DNA of 64,000 bases from Leucoraja ocellata (Eukaryota): positions 7,440,001-7,504,000 of the forward strand of contig JAWMAR010000023.1 in assembly GCA_036785375.1 (NCBI GenBank), read 5' to 3'. Every line of letters begins with the position of its first letter. Positions within the stretch are counted from its first letter, which is position 1. Made by a program: the position numbers and the translations under genes. The notes beneath the pieces were generated by a model that was given only the letters and a program-made list of their open reading frames with translations, ran no database searches and was not told the origin of the DNA. Shown piece by piece: positions 49,501 to 61,500 of this stretch.

Positions 49501-52500
49501 GTAGATGACAACAATGGAGCGAACACAGCCTTATACTTGTGGTTTCATTTACTAGTTGCTCGTTAAACTGAACAATGCATTATGTATCACAGGTTCAGAG
49601 TACTTTGCTGAGAGAGCATTGAGGATGGAAATTAATATTACACGTAGCAACTGTAAATGTATAGAAGGAAATACCTTGCGGCATTGTTTGCAATTTATCT
49701 AAAGATATTCTTTGCTATGGAACAGCTGAAAGATTTGAATGAAACAAATGGGATGCTGTCCTGACTGAAATATGTAAAGTATTTATATGTTTTGAAAGCA
49801 AAATGTTGAAAATATTTTATCTGTTGCCAGTTATAAAACATTTTTTTTTGTACTTTCTCCCCAGCATTATCAAAACTTCCAATTATTGGGTGCCTGGTGC
49901 CTTCTAAACAGCCTCTACTTGATCCTGAACCTTAGTCCTGCAGCGCTGGCTGACAAGGGGAAAGAGAAAGACCCACTGGCTGCACTTCGAGTCCGTGACA
50001 TTGCTGCTCGTGCGAAAGAAGGAGCTGGGTCGCCCAAATTAGCGCCTGTTAAAGGGTGAGTGAATAATCGATGGATAATGTACTAGAGTTTCTCGAAAGA
50101 GGTTGATTGCGCAATAAACTCCTTGGGTTCTACTTCCAGTCAGTAACAATGATTTGACACTCATTTTGCTTTTTTTTCCTTTTCTCAGTTCCAAATAAAA
50201 TCAGTACATTTTGAAAAATCAAAACATTGGCAAAAATTCATATAAACCAATTTATTTTTCTATTGCTCAATAGAACATAGAAGAGTAGAGCACGGGAACA
50301 GATCCTTTGACGTACAATGCTTGTGCCGAACCTAATGCCAAGATAAACTAACCTCATTTGTCTGCACATGATCTATATCCCTCCATTCCCTGCATATATT
50401 CATGTGCCTACCTCAAATGCCACTATCGTATCTGCCTCCACCGTGGGCAGTGCTTTTCCAGGCATCCAAATTTCCTCTCTGGCATGATGAGGTTTTTTTT
50501 AATCTTGGGTTCTCAGTGTTAGGTTTTATAAAAAAATTCAATGTTATCTTTGCTTTTTAATACTAATGGTCCAGGCAAGTTCATATTTGTATCTGGAACA
50601 GGACAGCAGGACACGGAAACAGGCCCTTCAACTCAACTTGCCATGTGGACCAAGATGCCCCATGTATGCTAGACCCAGCGTCCCACGTTTGGCTCACATC
50701 CCTCTCAACCGTTCCTATCCATTTACCTGTTCAAATGTCTTTTTAAATGATGTAGTAGTACCTGCCTGAACTACCTCCTCTAGCAGCTTGTCCATATACC
50801 CACCGCCATCTGTGTGAAAATGTTACTGCTCAGTTTCCTGTTAAATATTTCTCCTCTCACTGTAAACCTATGTCCTCTGGTTCTTGATTCTCCTACTCTG
50901 GGTCAAAGTCTCTGTGCATTTACCCTATCTTTTCCCCTTATGATTTTATACATCTCTATAAGATCACCCCTCAGCCTCCAACACTCCAGGGAATAAATCC
51001 TAGCTTACCCATCTTGTTAAAATTCTGTCTGCATTGTCTAGTGCCTGGATAGTCCAAAATGTTTCAAACCATTGGCCTCGTGTAGTTCAATAAAAAGGTT
51101 GACATTGGTCTGACTTCCTTTCCTGCAGACATCAAGGATTTGGCATTTTGTCTGTGGTTCTGGCAAATCATGCTATCAAACTGTTGACGTCACTCTTTCA
51201 AGATCTACAAGTGGAGGCGCTCTACAGGGTAAGTGGCAGCTCTTGAGTTTAGTACACAGAGGTACACATGAGAAACCTGTTTAGCTTTTTGACATAAGCC
51301 TAGAATTGGGATTTTTCAGGATAAAAAGTGAAGCAGAGGTTAAATGCGTCAGAGATCTGTGTGTATAAATGAAAAAAACAACCAGAAATGCTGCCTGACC
51401 CACTGAGTTACTCCAGCATTTTGTGTCTCTCTTCAAACAAAAAACAGCTAGATGGAAGTGTAAAATAACGATTTAAGTTTATAACTCTTTCCTTGGGACC
51501 TTGGTTATCCCAGCACATTGTTCTTTTGAAGCATGACGGAAACAGTTCATGAAAAGTAGCAAGAAGCTACGCTGTTAATGACAATAAAAGACAAACTTGC
51601 CAACCCCTCATTTGTTTGTGCACCCTGCTATGCTCAGAATACCTACAGTGTATGTGTATGCAAGTTTATTCAAAACAATATAACATCCTGGTAAAATTTC
51701 AGTGAGTTTGCTTAAGGAATAAATATTGTTTCAAGATATTGGATTGATCTTACCTGCTGTCATTTGAAATATCCCAAAATATCATTGATATTTACCTTAG
51801 TGGGCAATCAGGATCATAACTTAGTCCCACCCAAAGATGGCAGGCCTGATGTTGAACAGACGGCAATACAAAGTTAAATTGTATGTTTACCTTTTGAGTA
51901 CAAATTGTGCACGTGCATACTATAAAGCATATCTTTTTTTCATATGTAAGTTTACCTGGTTATTTGGACACGGTGTAACAATGGATCATTTTGATTTCAA
52001 CAGGGTTGGAGAGGCGACGGTCCACCTGCAGAACTAAATATAAGGGCACAGAGCTCCTCCATTCAGCGTGTCCAGAGACTGATTGAATCTGTTCCCCTCA
52101 CCAACTTGCTTTTCACACTTTTGTCAACATCTTATAGAAAGGTAACCACTCTACAATAGAGTGCCACTATGATGCCAAATTGGTCGCCATGTTTGTGCTG
52201 ACTCTTTGTTGAACAGTTCGCAAATAACTTGCGGATTTACTTCTTCCCCATATCTCACGATTGTCCTCAATCTGACTAACCAGATCCTCCCCCCCCCCCC
52301 CCACCCTCCCGTTTATGCATTCTTTCTTGGTTTCCAACATTTGTCCAGTGTCCTTGTAACAAGATTAAATAGTCTCAATGACTCTCTTGAAGATTTTATC
52401 TTTTGTGAGGTTAGTGATTCAATCATAGTGTAACAGTATGATTATGTGTAGCTCATTTATATTTGTCAACACAAAATTAATGCACTGGTATTAAAATAAT

Positions 52501-55500
52501 GGTTGCCAACAAATGTAAGATCATGTTACCCTTTGGGAACAACGCTGCCCTACACCTAAAAGACTTAAAAATGAAGGTTGTTTTTATTTCCACATTTATT
52601 TGGGGGAGAAAAACACACCTTTCATTGGCCTTTGTGTGGGGGCACGTGACCTTCATGGTTTCACCCTTCAATGGTTCATCTCCAATTTTGTTGTATAGTC
52701 TTGTTTTAAATTGCTCGGTGGAGGAGATTGTTTTCCTCTTTATGATTCCAAACACCTTATCTTATCCATTAACCACCTAAACTAAAGAATAGAACTGATT
52801 GTATCATCATTCGTTATCATCATCTCAATGTAATTCTGATGAATCTGTGCTGTATCTCTTGCTTGGTGACTATTTGTTGCCCTACTCAACAGAATGCAGA
52901 TTGGTTTGATCGGGGTTCATTGCAATTGTACCTTTGTACCAGCATCATTTTGAGAAAGCTGTTTGGTAAAGACATTCAAATGTTTTCCGCAGTGTTCAGT
53001 TTCCTATAGAGAGGCACTGTTCATGCTGTACAAATGTAAGGTCATGTTACCCTTTGGGAACAATGCTCCCCTACACCTAATGCTCATGCTCATCCTATAG
53101 GAATTTCCTGTCTTGGCCTGTGCATAGTGTTATTATATTTACCAGGTTGTAGATGTGGTGATTAAAATTGTTATCATTTTACACCTCTAGGCTTGTGTCC
53201 TTCAACGGCAGCGCAAAGGTTCTGTGAGTAGTGATGTCAGTGCGTCCACTGATTCAAACACTTATTATGAAGATGATTTCAGTAGCACTGAAGAGGACAG
53301 TAGTCAAGGTAATCTCAGGATTTATGTTGTGTTCTGAGACTTAATGTGGGTTGAAATGATCAGTTTATGATGCGTGGCCCAGGCGTTTTCCAGATTTACA
53401 GAACACAAACTGCAATAAAATTCTAAAATATCAATTATGTCTGGGTACGGCTTTAGTGCCATTTAGTTTTCAACACATTCCAATGGCATTAGAATTAGAA
53501 CAGCTATAAAAAAGATCTGCTAGATGCATTCAAAATTCTGAATGACTTCCATTTAGTATATCTGCTGGTGATTGAACAATTATTTCTATTTATCAGTGGT
53601 TACAGACCTATTATTGGGTTTGCAGACCTCCTCTGCTGCAACGAAGAACTTCATTGTTCTGTGTTGGGTACAAATGACAATTAAACACACTTGACTCTTG
53701 GATTGATAATCGGATGATATTCGCCAAATCAAATTTCAAGGAAAGGGTTGAGTTCCCCACAGTTACGCTGGTGGATCCTGAAATCATTAACAAAGTTTTG
53801 AACGTGGATATTTGGAGACTGGAACAAACAAGCATATTCCATACATTGGAGTAAGGGCAGGAATATGGGACACTTATGGTCATCTTGGAAGGGGCTGGGT
53901 AGATTGGATGGTTTCCTTTTGTCCTTTATAATTCTGCAACTGCACGTTACATTTGTAATTCATTCCTGATTGCGATGCAAGTTGTGCTACTGTTACTTGA
54001 ATTACTCTTGCTTTGAACAGTGGGGGCATCTGTGTTGTACTTTATAGATGACGACAGTGAGCCGATTCTTGGCCAATGGTTTGAAGAGACTATCTCACCC
54101 AGTAAGGAAAAATCAGCACCACCCCCTCCTCCACCACCCCCTCCCCTGGAGAGCTCCCCACGGCTGAAGAGCCCAAATAAACAGAGTACTGTGGAGAATG
54201 GCAACATACTAGCGAGTCGCAGAGACCCCGAGCTGGTGAGTGAATTCCAGCAACAAATGTCGAATATCATGGCAAGCTGTTTTTAATAAATCAGGAGGTC
54301 AAAATATTTTTTAGTTCTGGATCTCTCATATTTAAATAATTTGTGGGGCTGGCTTTTTAAACTAATCTGTGAAACTAAGCTACATATTGTCTTTATTATT
54401 GAAAGTTAACTCTTAAATCATTTGGTACATCAAATTGCTGTGTGGTTTTTCAGATTTGTTCCTTATATATAGAACTAAATATTAGATTAAGACACACCTT
54501 GGGCTCAAATTACATTGGAAGTGGAATTGAGGATCGTACTTGCGAATGAGATTACCTCAGTTCTAGTAAAATCTCCATGTTTAAATTATTTTAATAAATT
54601 GTCTTCCAGTTTCTCAGCCTGGCTTCAGGCATCCTCAACTTCATTACATCTTCAATGCTGAACTCGAGGAACAACTTCATCCGGAATTACCTGAGTGTTT
54701 CTTTGACTGAACAACATATGATGACACTAGCAAGCATCATCAAAGATGTGGACAAAGATGGAACCAAAGGTTAGGATGCTACTTCAGTGTTAGTGAATAA
54801 TAAGCAGGCTTGGCTTTGGAGTGCAATGTTTGCTTATGTCTAAGGCACATCTTTCAGCCTGTTTACTACGGAAGTAGTGAGACAGCTAATGAAAGCTTGA
54901 ACTGGTTCAATTGTAATTCATTGGGTAAAGATGATTTGCCAGGACACTGTTGTGGGTACCCCTCACCACCATAAACAGAGCATTGAGAAACAAGGAACCC
55001 CAGATGCTGGTGCTGGAAGAACTCAGCTGGTCAGCCAGCAGGTTTAGACTACATAGATAAGTGACTTTTCAGATTGGGACCCTTGTTCAGACTGATTGTA
55101 GTAGGAGGGGTAAAGCTGGAAAAGAGGTGGGAGTGCGACAAAGCCTCTGCAATTCACAGGTGGATACAGGGGGGTGGGGTGTTGGTGGGCGGACGAATGG
55201 ACAAAGTTTAGAGATGAAAAAGAGATAAATATTTGTCAGGTAAGGAGAGAGGAGACGTTAAATGTGATCCCAGAGGAGGAAGTGGATATGGAAAAGGGGC
55301 GATAGTTGGAGAGATGGGGCACCGTGAGTATATGGGGTTGAAAAACGAAAGATTTGTGGGCATCCAATGATGTGCCAAACTCGGAGGGAGGATTTGCATG
55401 TATCGAAAAGGGTTAACTTGGTCTTTTAAAATCTTGACAATTATGGGTTCCAATTTGATATGAAAGTGACTACTAAAATGTTGTGTTTCCTGGAATAATG

Positions 55501-58500
55501 ACTTCTGTAGACTGGATTAATTCTAAGATAGACACAAAAAGATGGAGATAGTTGCATCTCTGGAGAAAAGGAATAGGTGACGTTTCATGTCGAGACCCTT
55601 GTTCAAACAAATTCTGCTTGTGTTGTGGTACCCTTTCCCTTCTCTCTTTGTGCTCATTTTTTATTTTATGCACAGGGTCATCAGATGAGGAATTTGCCAT
55701 TGCATTGTATCACTTTAACCATTCCATGGTTACCTCTGACCTCCCATCACCAATCCTGCAGGTGAGTCAGTCCACTGTGGTTCACTGACTGTCCTTCGAT
55801 TTCAGTTAGCAATGATAATATCATTTTGTGTGTGTGCTTTTTGTTGCTTATTAATGTTGCCACAAAATGCAATGAAACAAGTTAAATGAAAATGCATGAT
55901 ATTTGGATTCATTTCTTAATATCTGTGAAATAGTCTTTTGTGAATAACATATGTTGAAAATAGAATTTGGGGCTTTTGATCACAGTTTTGGTGCTTTTAG
56001 TGACCATCACTTAAATAATTCAAACTTAATAATTTGATATAAAGACCACGTTTACATATCCGTCTTTCTGAGAAGTTTTTTCCCCCATTTTGTTCTCTGC
56101 CAAAGGAGTGACCCCGGGGAGAAGGGCGTCAGCAGAGGAACAGCCCATGTCCTCCAGTGACCATGAACACATATGAATATGTATAACATGGATGTTTCAT
56201 GTTATTGCAAGAGCAGGCCAATTTAAATTCCTGCACCTGACTGGTAGCATTGCAGAAAATTCAAACTGAGATCTGATTGTACTGTTTCTGTAGGTTTTTT
56301 TTTTAATGGATACATTTTGAATGTAGTATCTTGCAGATCAAGAATCTGGTATTGTGTACGTGTCTTTTGTTGCGCCAATCGCATTCAACATCACAATATT
56401 AACCGCAATATTAATTTTTATCCAGAACATACTGCTGCAGCAACTGGGGGTCGCGCCTTTTTCAGAGGGTCCGTGGCCATTGTATGTTCACTCACAGAGC
56501 CTCTCTGTGCTGTCACGCTTGCTATTAATCTGGCAGCACAAAGCCAAGGCACAGGGTGATCCAGATGTACCAGAGTGCATGAAAATCTGGGAAAGGTAAG
56601 AAATCCTGAAGTGACGGCTGCGGCTCGCCTGCAGTCCGTATGTCTTTACTTTTTGTTGTTGTTTTGTTTGTCTTGTTTTGGCTAAGTTTTAGTTTATTAG
56701 GTTGTGTTATGGGGGGGGGGGGTGAAACATGTTTTTTTTTTTTTTGTCTCTCCCTTCGGGGGAATGCGACTTTTTCTTGTCGTATCCCCCTTCTCTGCCT
56801 CCGTCTGCGCTGAGGCCTAATGGCGCAGCTGGCGGTCTCCAACCTGCGACCGACCTCGAGGCTCCGGAGGCAGAGCCAGCCAGGACTCACCAGCGTGAGG
56901 CTGGCCATCTTCGGGGCCGAGGCAGCGGTGGCCCGACTCGCTGATGCGGCGTTCCAGCTTTCGGCAGCGGCCTGGAGCTGTGGCTGTGGGACTCGGAGCT
57001 GTGGCTACGGGACTCGGAGCTGTGGCTGCGGGACTCGGAGCTGTGGCTGCGGGACTCGGAGCTGATGCAGCGTGACTCGGAGCTGAGGCTGTGGCGGGCC
57101 GACTCGGAACGGAGACGGCGTTCCGGCTTTTGGCAGCGGCGACATCACCGCGGAGGTCCGTTGGCCTGGAGGGCGGCATCTTCGGCCTGGGTCGTCTCAG
57201 CGCAGAGGGAGAACAAGGAGGGAAGAGACAGAGACTAAGACTTTTGCCTCCATCACAGTGAGGAGGTGCTTGGTGAACTCACTGTGGTGGATGTTAATTT
57301 GTGTTTATTGTATATCTTGTTATTTATTGTTACTGTGTATGACTGCAGGCAACGTAATTTCGTTCAGACCGAAAGGTCTGAATGACAATAAAGGAATCAA
57401 ATTCAAAATTCTTCACCAAAAGTAAATGAAAAGAAGTTGCCCAGTTTCGTCCTTTGATCTGTATGCAATGCTGAACTGAAGCATCTCTTATTGTTAGTAT
57501 TGCTGATTTAGTGACAATTGGATATTATAATTGAACCTAGATTTTAATTGTGATTAACCATAGACATATAGAATCACAAACAGAGTAGATTAAAGGCCTC
57601 AATGTTTTTAACTGTGTAGTTTGGAATGTTTAACTTTCCCACGATCATTAATTTCTGCGCAATATTTCCTGCATTCTCTTATGTGGATAATTATCTCTTT
57701 CCCACGACAGGTTTATTGCGACACTTAAGCAGAACATATTCCAGGGTGTGGTGCCAACTGACTCAGAAGATCTAAATGTTGAGCATCTTCAACTTCTGTT
57801 GCTAATTTTCCATAACTTCTCGGAGAGTGGCCGGCGTATGGTGGTCACCATGTGCGTACAAGTGATTGTTGAGGTGGCATCAAAGGCAGAGAATCAAGTT
57901 CGATGTGTGCCACTAACACTTGCTCGATTGCTGCTGGTCTTTGAATATGTTCTTCAGCAGTATTCAAAAGTGCCAATCTACCTATTCGAACAGGTAAGTA
58001 CCAGTGGAGTGGGTGGTTGAAAATCTATATTGTGTAAATAAACCTATAAACGCTGGCTCTTCAGTATAATGGCTTGGAATTGGCAAGGAGAGGTACCACT
58101 GAGGTTGTCAGCATAGTGAGTCACACAGTCACGCAGCACGGAAACAGGCCCTTTGACCGAACTAGTCCATGCTGACCAAGATGCCCCATCTATGCTAGTC
58201 CTACCTGCCCATATTTGGACCATATCCATCTTAGCCTTTTGTATCCATGTAGCTAACACTTCTAAATGAAGGCGGTCAAGCACAGGTTCTGTCATTAGTT
58301 TCAGATTCAAATTCAATTTTAATTGTCATTGTCAGTGTACAGTACAGAGACAACGAAATGCATTCATGCAACTGTGTTGTGGACTCGCATATCATTTGCA
58401 GAAGTTGATGAATCAATGCAAGTTTCAGACATTTATGGTTTATGTCCAAACATGTTACCTTTTGTAGAATGAGGTGTTGATTGCATTTCTAATGGTGGAA

Positions 58501-61500
58501 AAAAATTATAATTGCTGCTCAACAATCTTATCTGGGACTAAACAAATAATTTAAAATGCCTTGGTTGAATTTTCTTATAATTACTGCATTCTTGTCAGTG
58601 CTTGGGAAAATGTTTGTTAAATGCAGAGTTACTTGGTCCACCACCAACACCTCCACCCCCCCCCCCCCCCCCCCAGAACAAAAATGAACATCTATGAACT
58701 TCATGAAGTACACAAAGATGAACACCAGAGCTAAAATTTGTTAGATTATAAGAAAAGGGTCAAATCTGTGGAGAAGTGTTCAACGTCATGTTCTGATGCT
58801 TGTTCAAGTTGTGGAAATTGAATAAAGTAAAAAAGATAGCCGTATGGCAGATTTAGTAACCTTGAAATATTGTGACAACCTTCAATTGTTGCAAAATTAT
58901 CTTCTTCCACCTGCTATTTTCTTTTTGGGGGTTGGTCAAAGAGAGGATACAACCTCTGCACAGCTGAACAACCTTTAGGCATTCATAACCAGGCCTAACA
59001 GATATAGGACATCAAGTTGGACTAAGCACTTGAAGCAACATGAGCTGCAGTGCCATCGATGGAATGTATGAATCTTGGCCCATTTATTCTATTCCGGCAG
59101 GCATGACAGGATTATTTTGCTGTGTTGGCAGAAAGAGTGATTAAATACTTAGAATAAAAGAGTGTTATTATTCATTTCTCATCTGTTTAATTAAGATATT
59201 CTCTCAAACTGAATCTCATGTCTCCATAATTTATTTAGATCAAGTCTGATTTTCTGCATTTGCTTCTACTTCAATATTTTAATAAGTTTAATCAGTCTGA
59301 ACAAAGCATCGTCTGTTCATTTCGGTAGGCGGCGCGGGGGGGAGGGGGAGGGAGGGGGGAGTGCAGTGGAGAGATAGTTTTTTTGGCCTTCCATCACAGC
59401 GATGTGATGGATGTTTATGTAAATTATGTTGTGTCTTGGGTCTATTTGTTTGTAATGTATGGCTGCAGAAACGTCATTTCGTTTGGACCTCAAGGGGTCC
59501 AAATGACAAATAAATTGAATCTTGAATCTTGAATTTCCTCCGCAGATGCTGCCTGACCCGCTGAGTATCTCCAGCACTTTGTGTTTTATTTTTAACATGC
59601 TTCTGTTTTCCTTCCATCCATCCTGTAATAGTCAAGAGTGTTTATTGTCATGTGTCCCTGATAGAGCAATGAAATTCTTACTTGCTGCAGCACAACAGAA
59701 TATGTAAACTGATTTATTTGCTTCCATGTCATTGTTCCACTTTCAGCCCCTTTCTGATTTCCATTCAGCCCTTGCTTTATATTTCATCTTTGATCCCTTA
59801 CGAATTCTAATCCAAACCTACCATTTTGTTTGCCTACATAGCCTCATATGGATAATTGACAGCTGCGACCTTGCCTGTTTTACACACCAGAGAATTGCTT
59901 TGCATCTTCCTCTGCTTTTTCAGAATGATATGGGGCATGAATGTAATATTAGAATGTTAATTGGGCTGCACTTATTGGAAGAAGCATTTGATTAAGATTG
60001 TGAGTGTTTTTGTTTCTAGATTCAGTACAATCTGCTCACTCCACCAGCCTGCACTGCTGGTTCCAGTTCCAGTGGTACACAAGATTCTGGCCGGCGCATC
60101 CAAGTGCCATTTTACCATGGATTTAAAGAGGTTGAAGAAAACTGGGCGAAACACATTGGGACAGGTATGGCAAAGAAACGGTTAACATGGAGGAATAGGT
60201 ATTGGAAGTCAAAAGATAAATACTGATAAGATGTCTTTGCAGATGTCTTTGGTCATCTTGTGTGAGCAAAATGTAACATTTAAATTAGGTAATTAATCTA
60301 GAGTTTATGAAGCAGCAATCAGTCTCAGCCGGCCAAAGCCTGCTTTATTGTGGTAATTACCCATTCAGTCATCCTCATTTAGTCTGTCCCAATTGTGAAA
60401 TTATTGTCCTCCAAGAGGCAGAACAACGAAGTAAGTTGTATCATGGCCTGTTAAAGAAGAAAACAAATAAACAATGAGAATAACCTAGGCACTGAATTCT
60501 GACACGCCGAAGACATTTGCATGCAACCTTGCAAAACCCTTGAAAACATCTAGGATCTGATAACTAAATTGCGAGGACTATCCAGCTAACCAGTCAATAG
60601 TCACAAAATGCGACTTTATAGACAATATGCAGACTTCCCCGTTAAACGGTGCTTTCTCTCCGCTATTCTCGATGGAATCCTCACTCGCACCTTGCCTTCA
60701 TTACGCCTCTCCTTCACGTAGAATAGAGATAGATTTTTCTTGGAACTTCACTTTCACCCCAGCATCCTCCACATGCAGCGTTTCATTCTTTAACATTTCT
60801 GTACAAAATCATGGGAGGAATAGATTGGGTAGATTGCACAGAGTCTTTCGCCCAGAGTTGGGGAATCGAGGACCAGAGGACATAGGTTCAAGGTGAGGGG
60901 GAAAATATTTAATAGGAATCTGAGGGGTAGCTTTTTCATACAAAGGGTGGTGGGTGTATGGAACAAGCTGCCAGATGAGGTAGTTGAGGCTGGGACTATC
61001 CCATTGTTTAAGAAACAGACCGGTACATGGATAGGACAGGTTTGAAGGGATATGGACCAAGCGCAGGCAAGTGGGACTAGTGTAGCTGGGACATTGTTGA
61101 CCGGTGAGGGCAAGTTGGGCCGAAGGGCCTGTTTCCACACTGTAACACTCTATGACTCGACAACGTGATCAACTACCAGTCACATCTTCCCCTCACCATC
61201 ACTTTCTGCTTTCCATAGGGACCAGTCTCTCTGTGGCTCACTTACCCTTCCCCACTCATCCCCCCGTACAACCGTAGGAGATGTAATGCCTGTCCCTATA
61301 CCTTCCCCATCACCACCATTCAGGGACATAAATAATCCTACCAGTTGAAGCAGAGATTCACTGACATCTCCTCCAACCTTGGCAGGTCTCAATACGAAAG
61401 TATAGATACAGGGAGTGGTTTGTGACTTAAAAGGCTGCGTTTTGGAACCAGAGATTTTGTTTGGTGGACATAAGACAATATATTTCTGAGAGTTGACAAG

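Noticed and set aside
56817-57179. Ala/Pro/Ser-rich 120-aa ORF (APSPAAT repeats)
   Set aside because: Translation of a 21-bp minisatellite inside a repeat element, with no splice or homology support.
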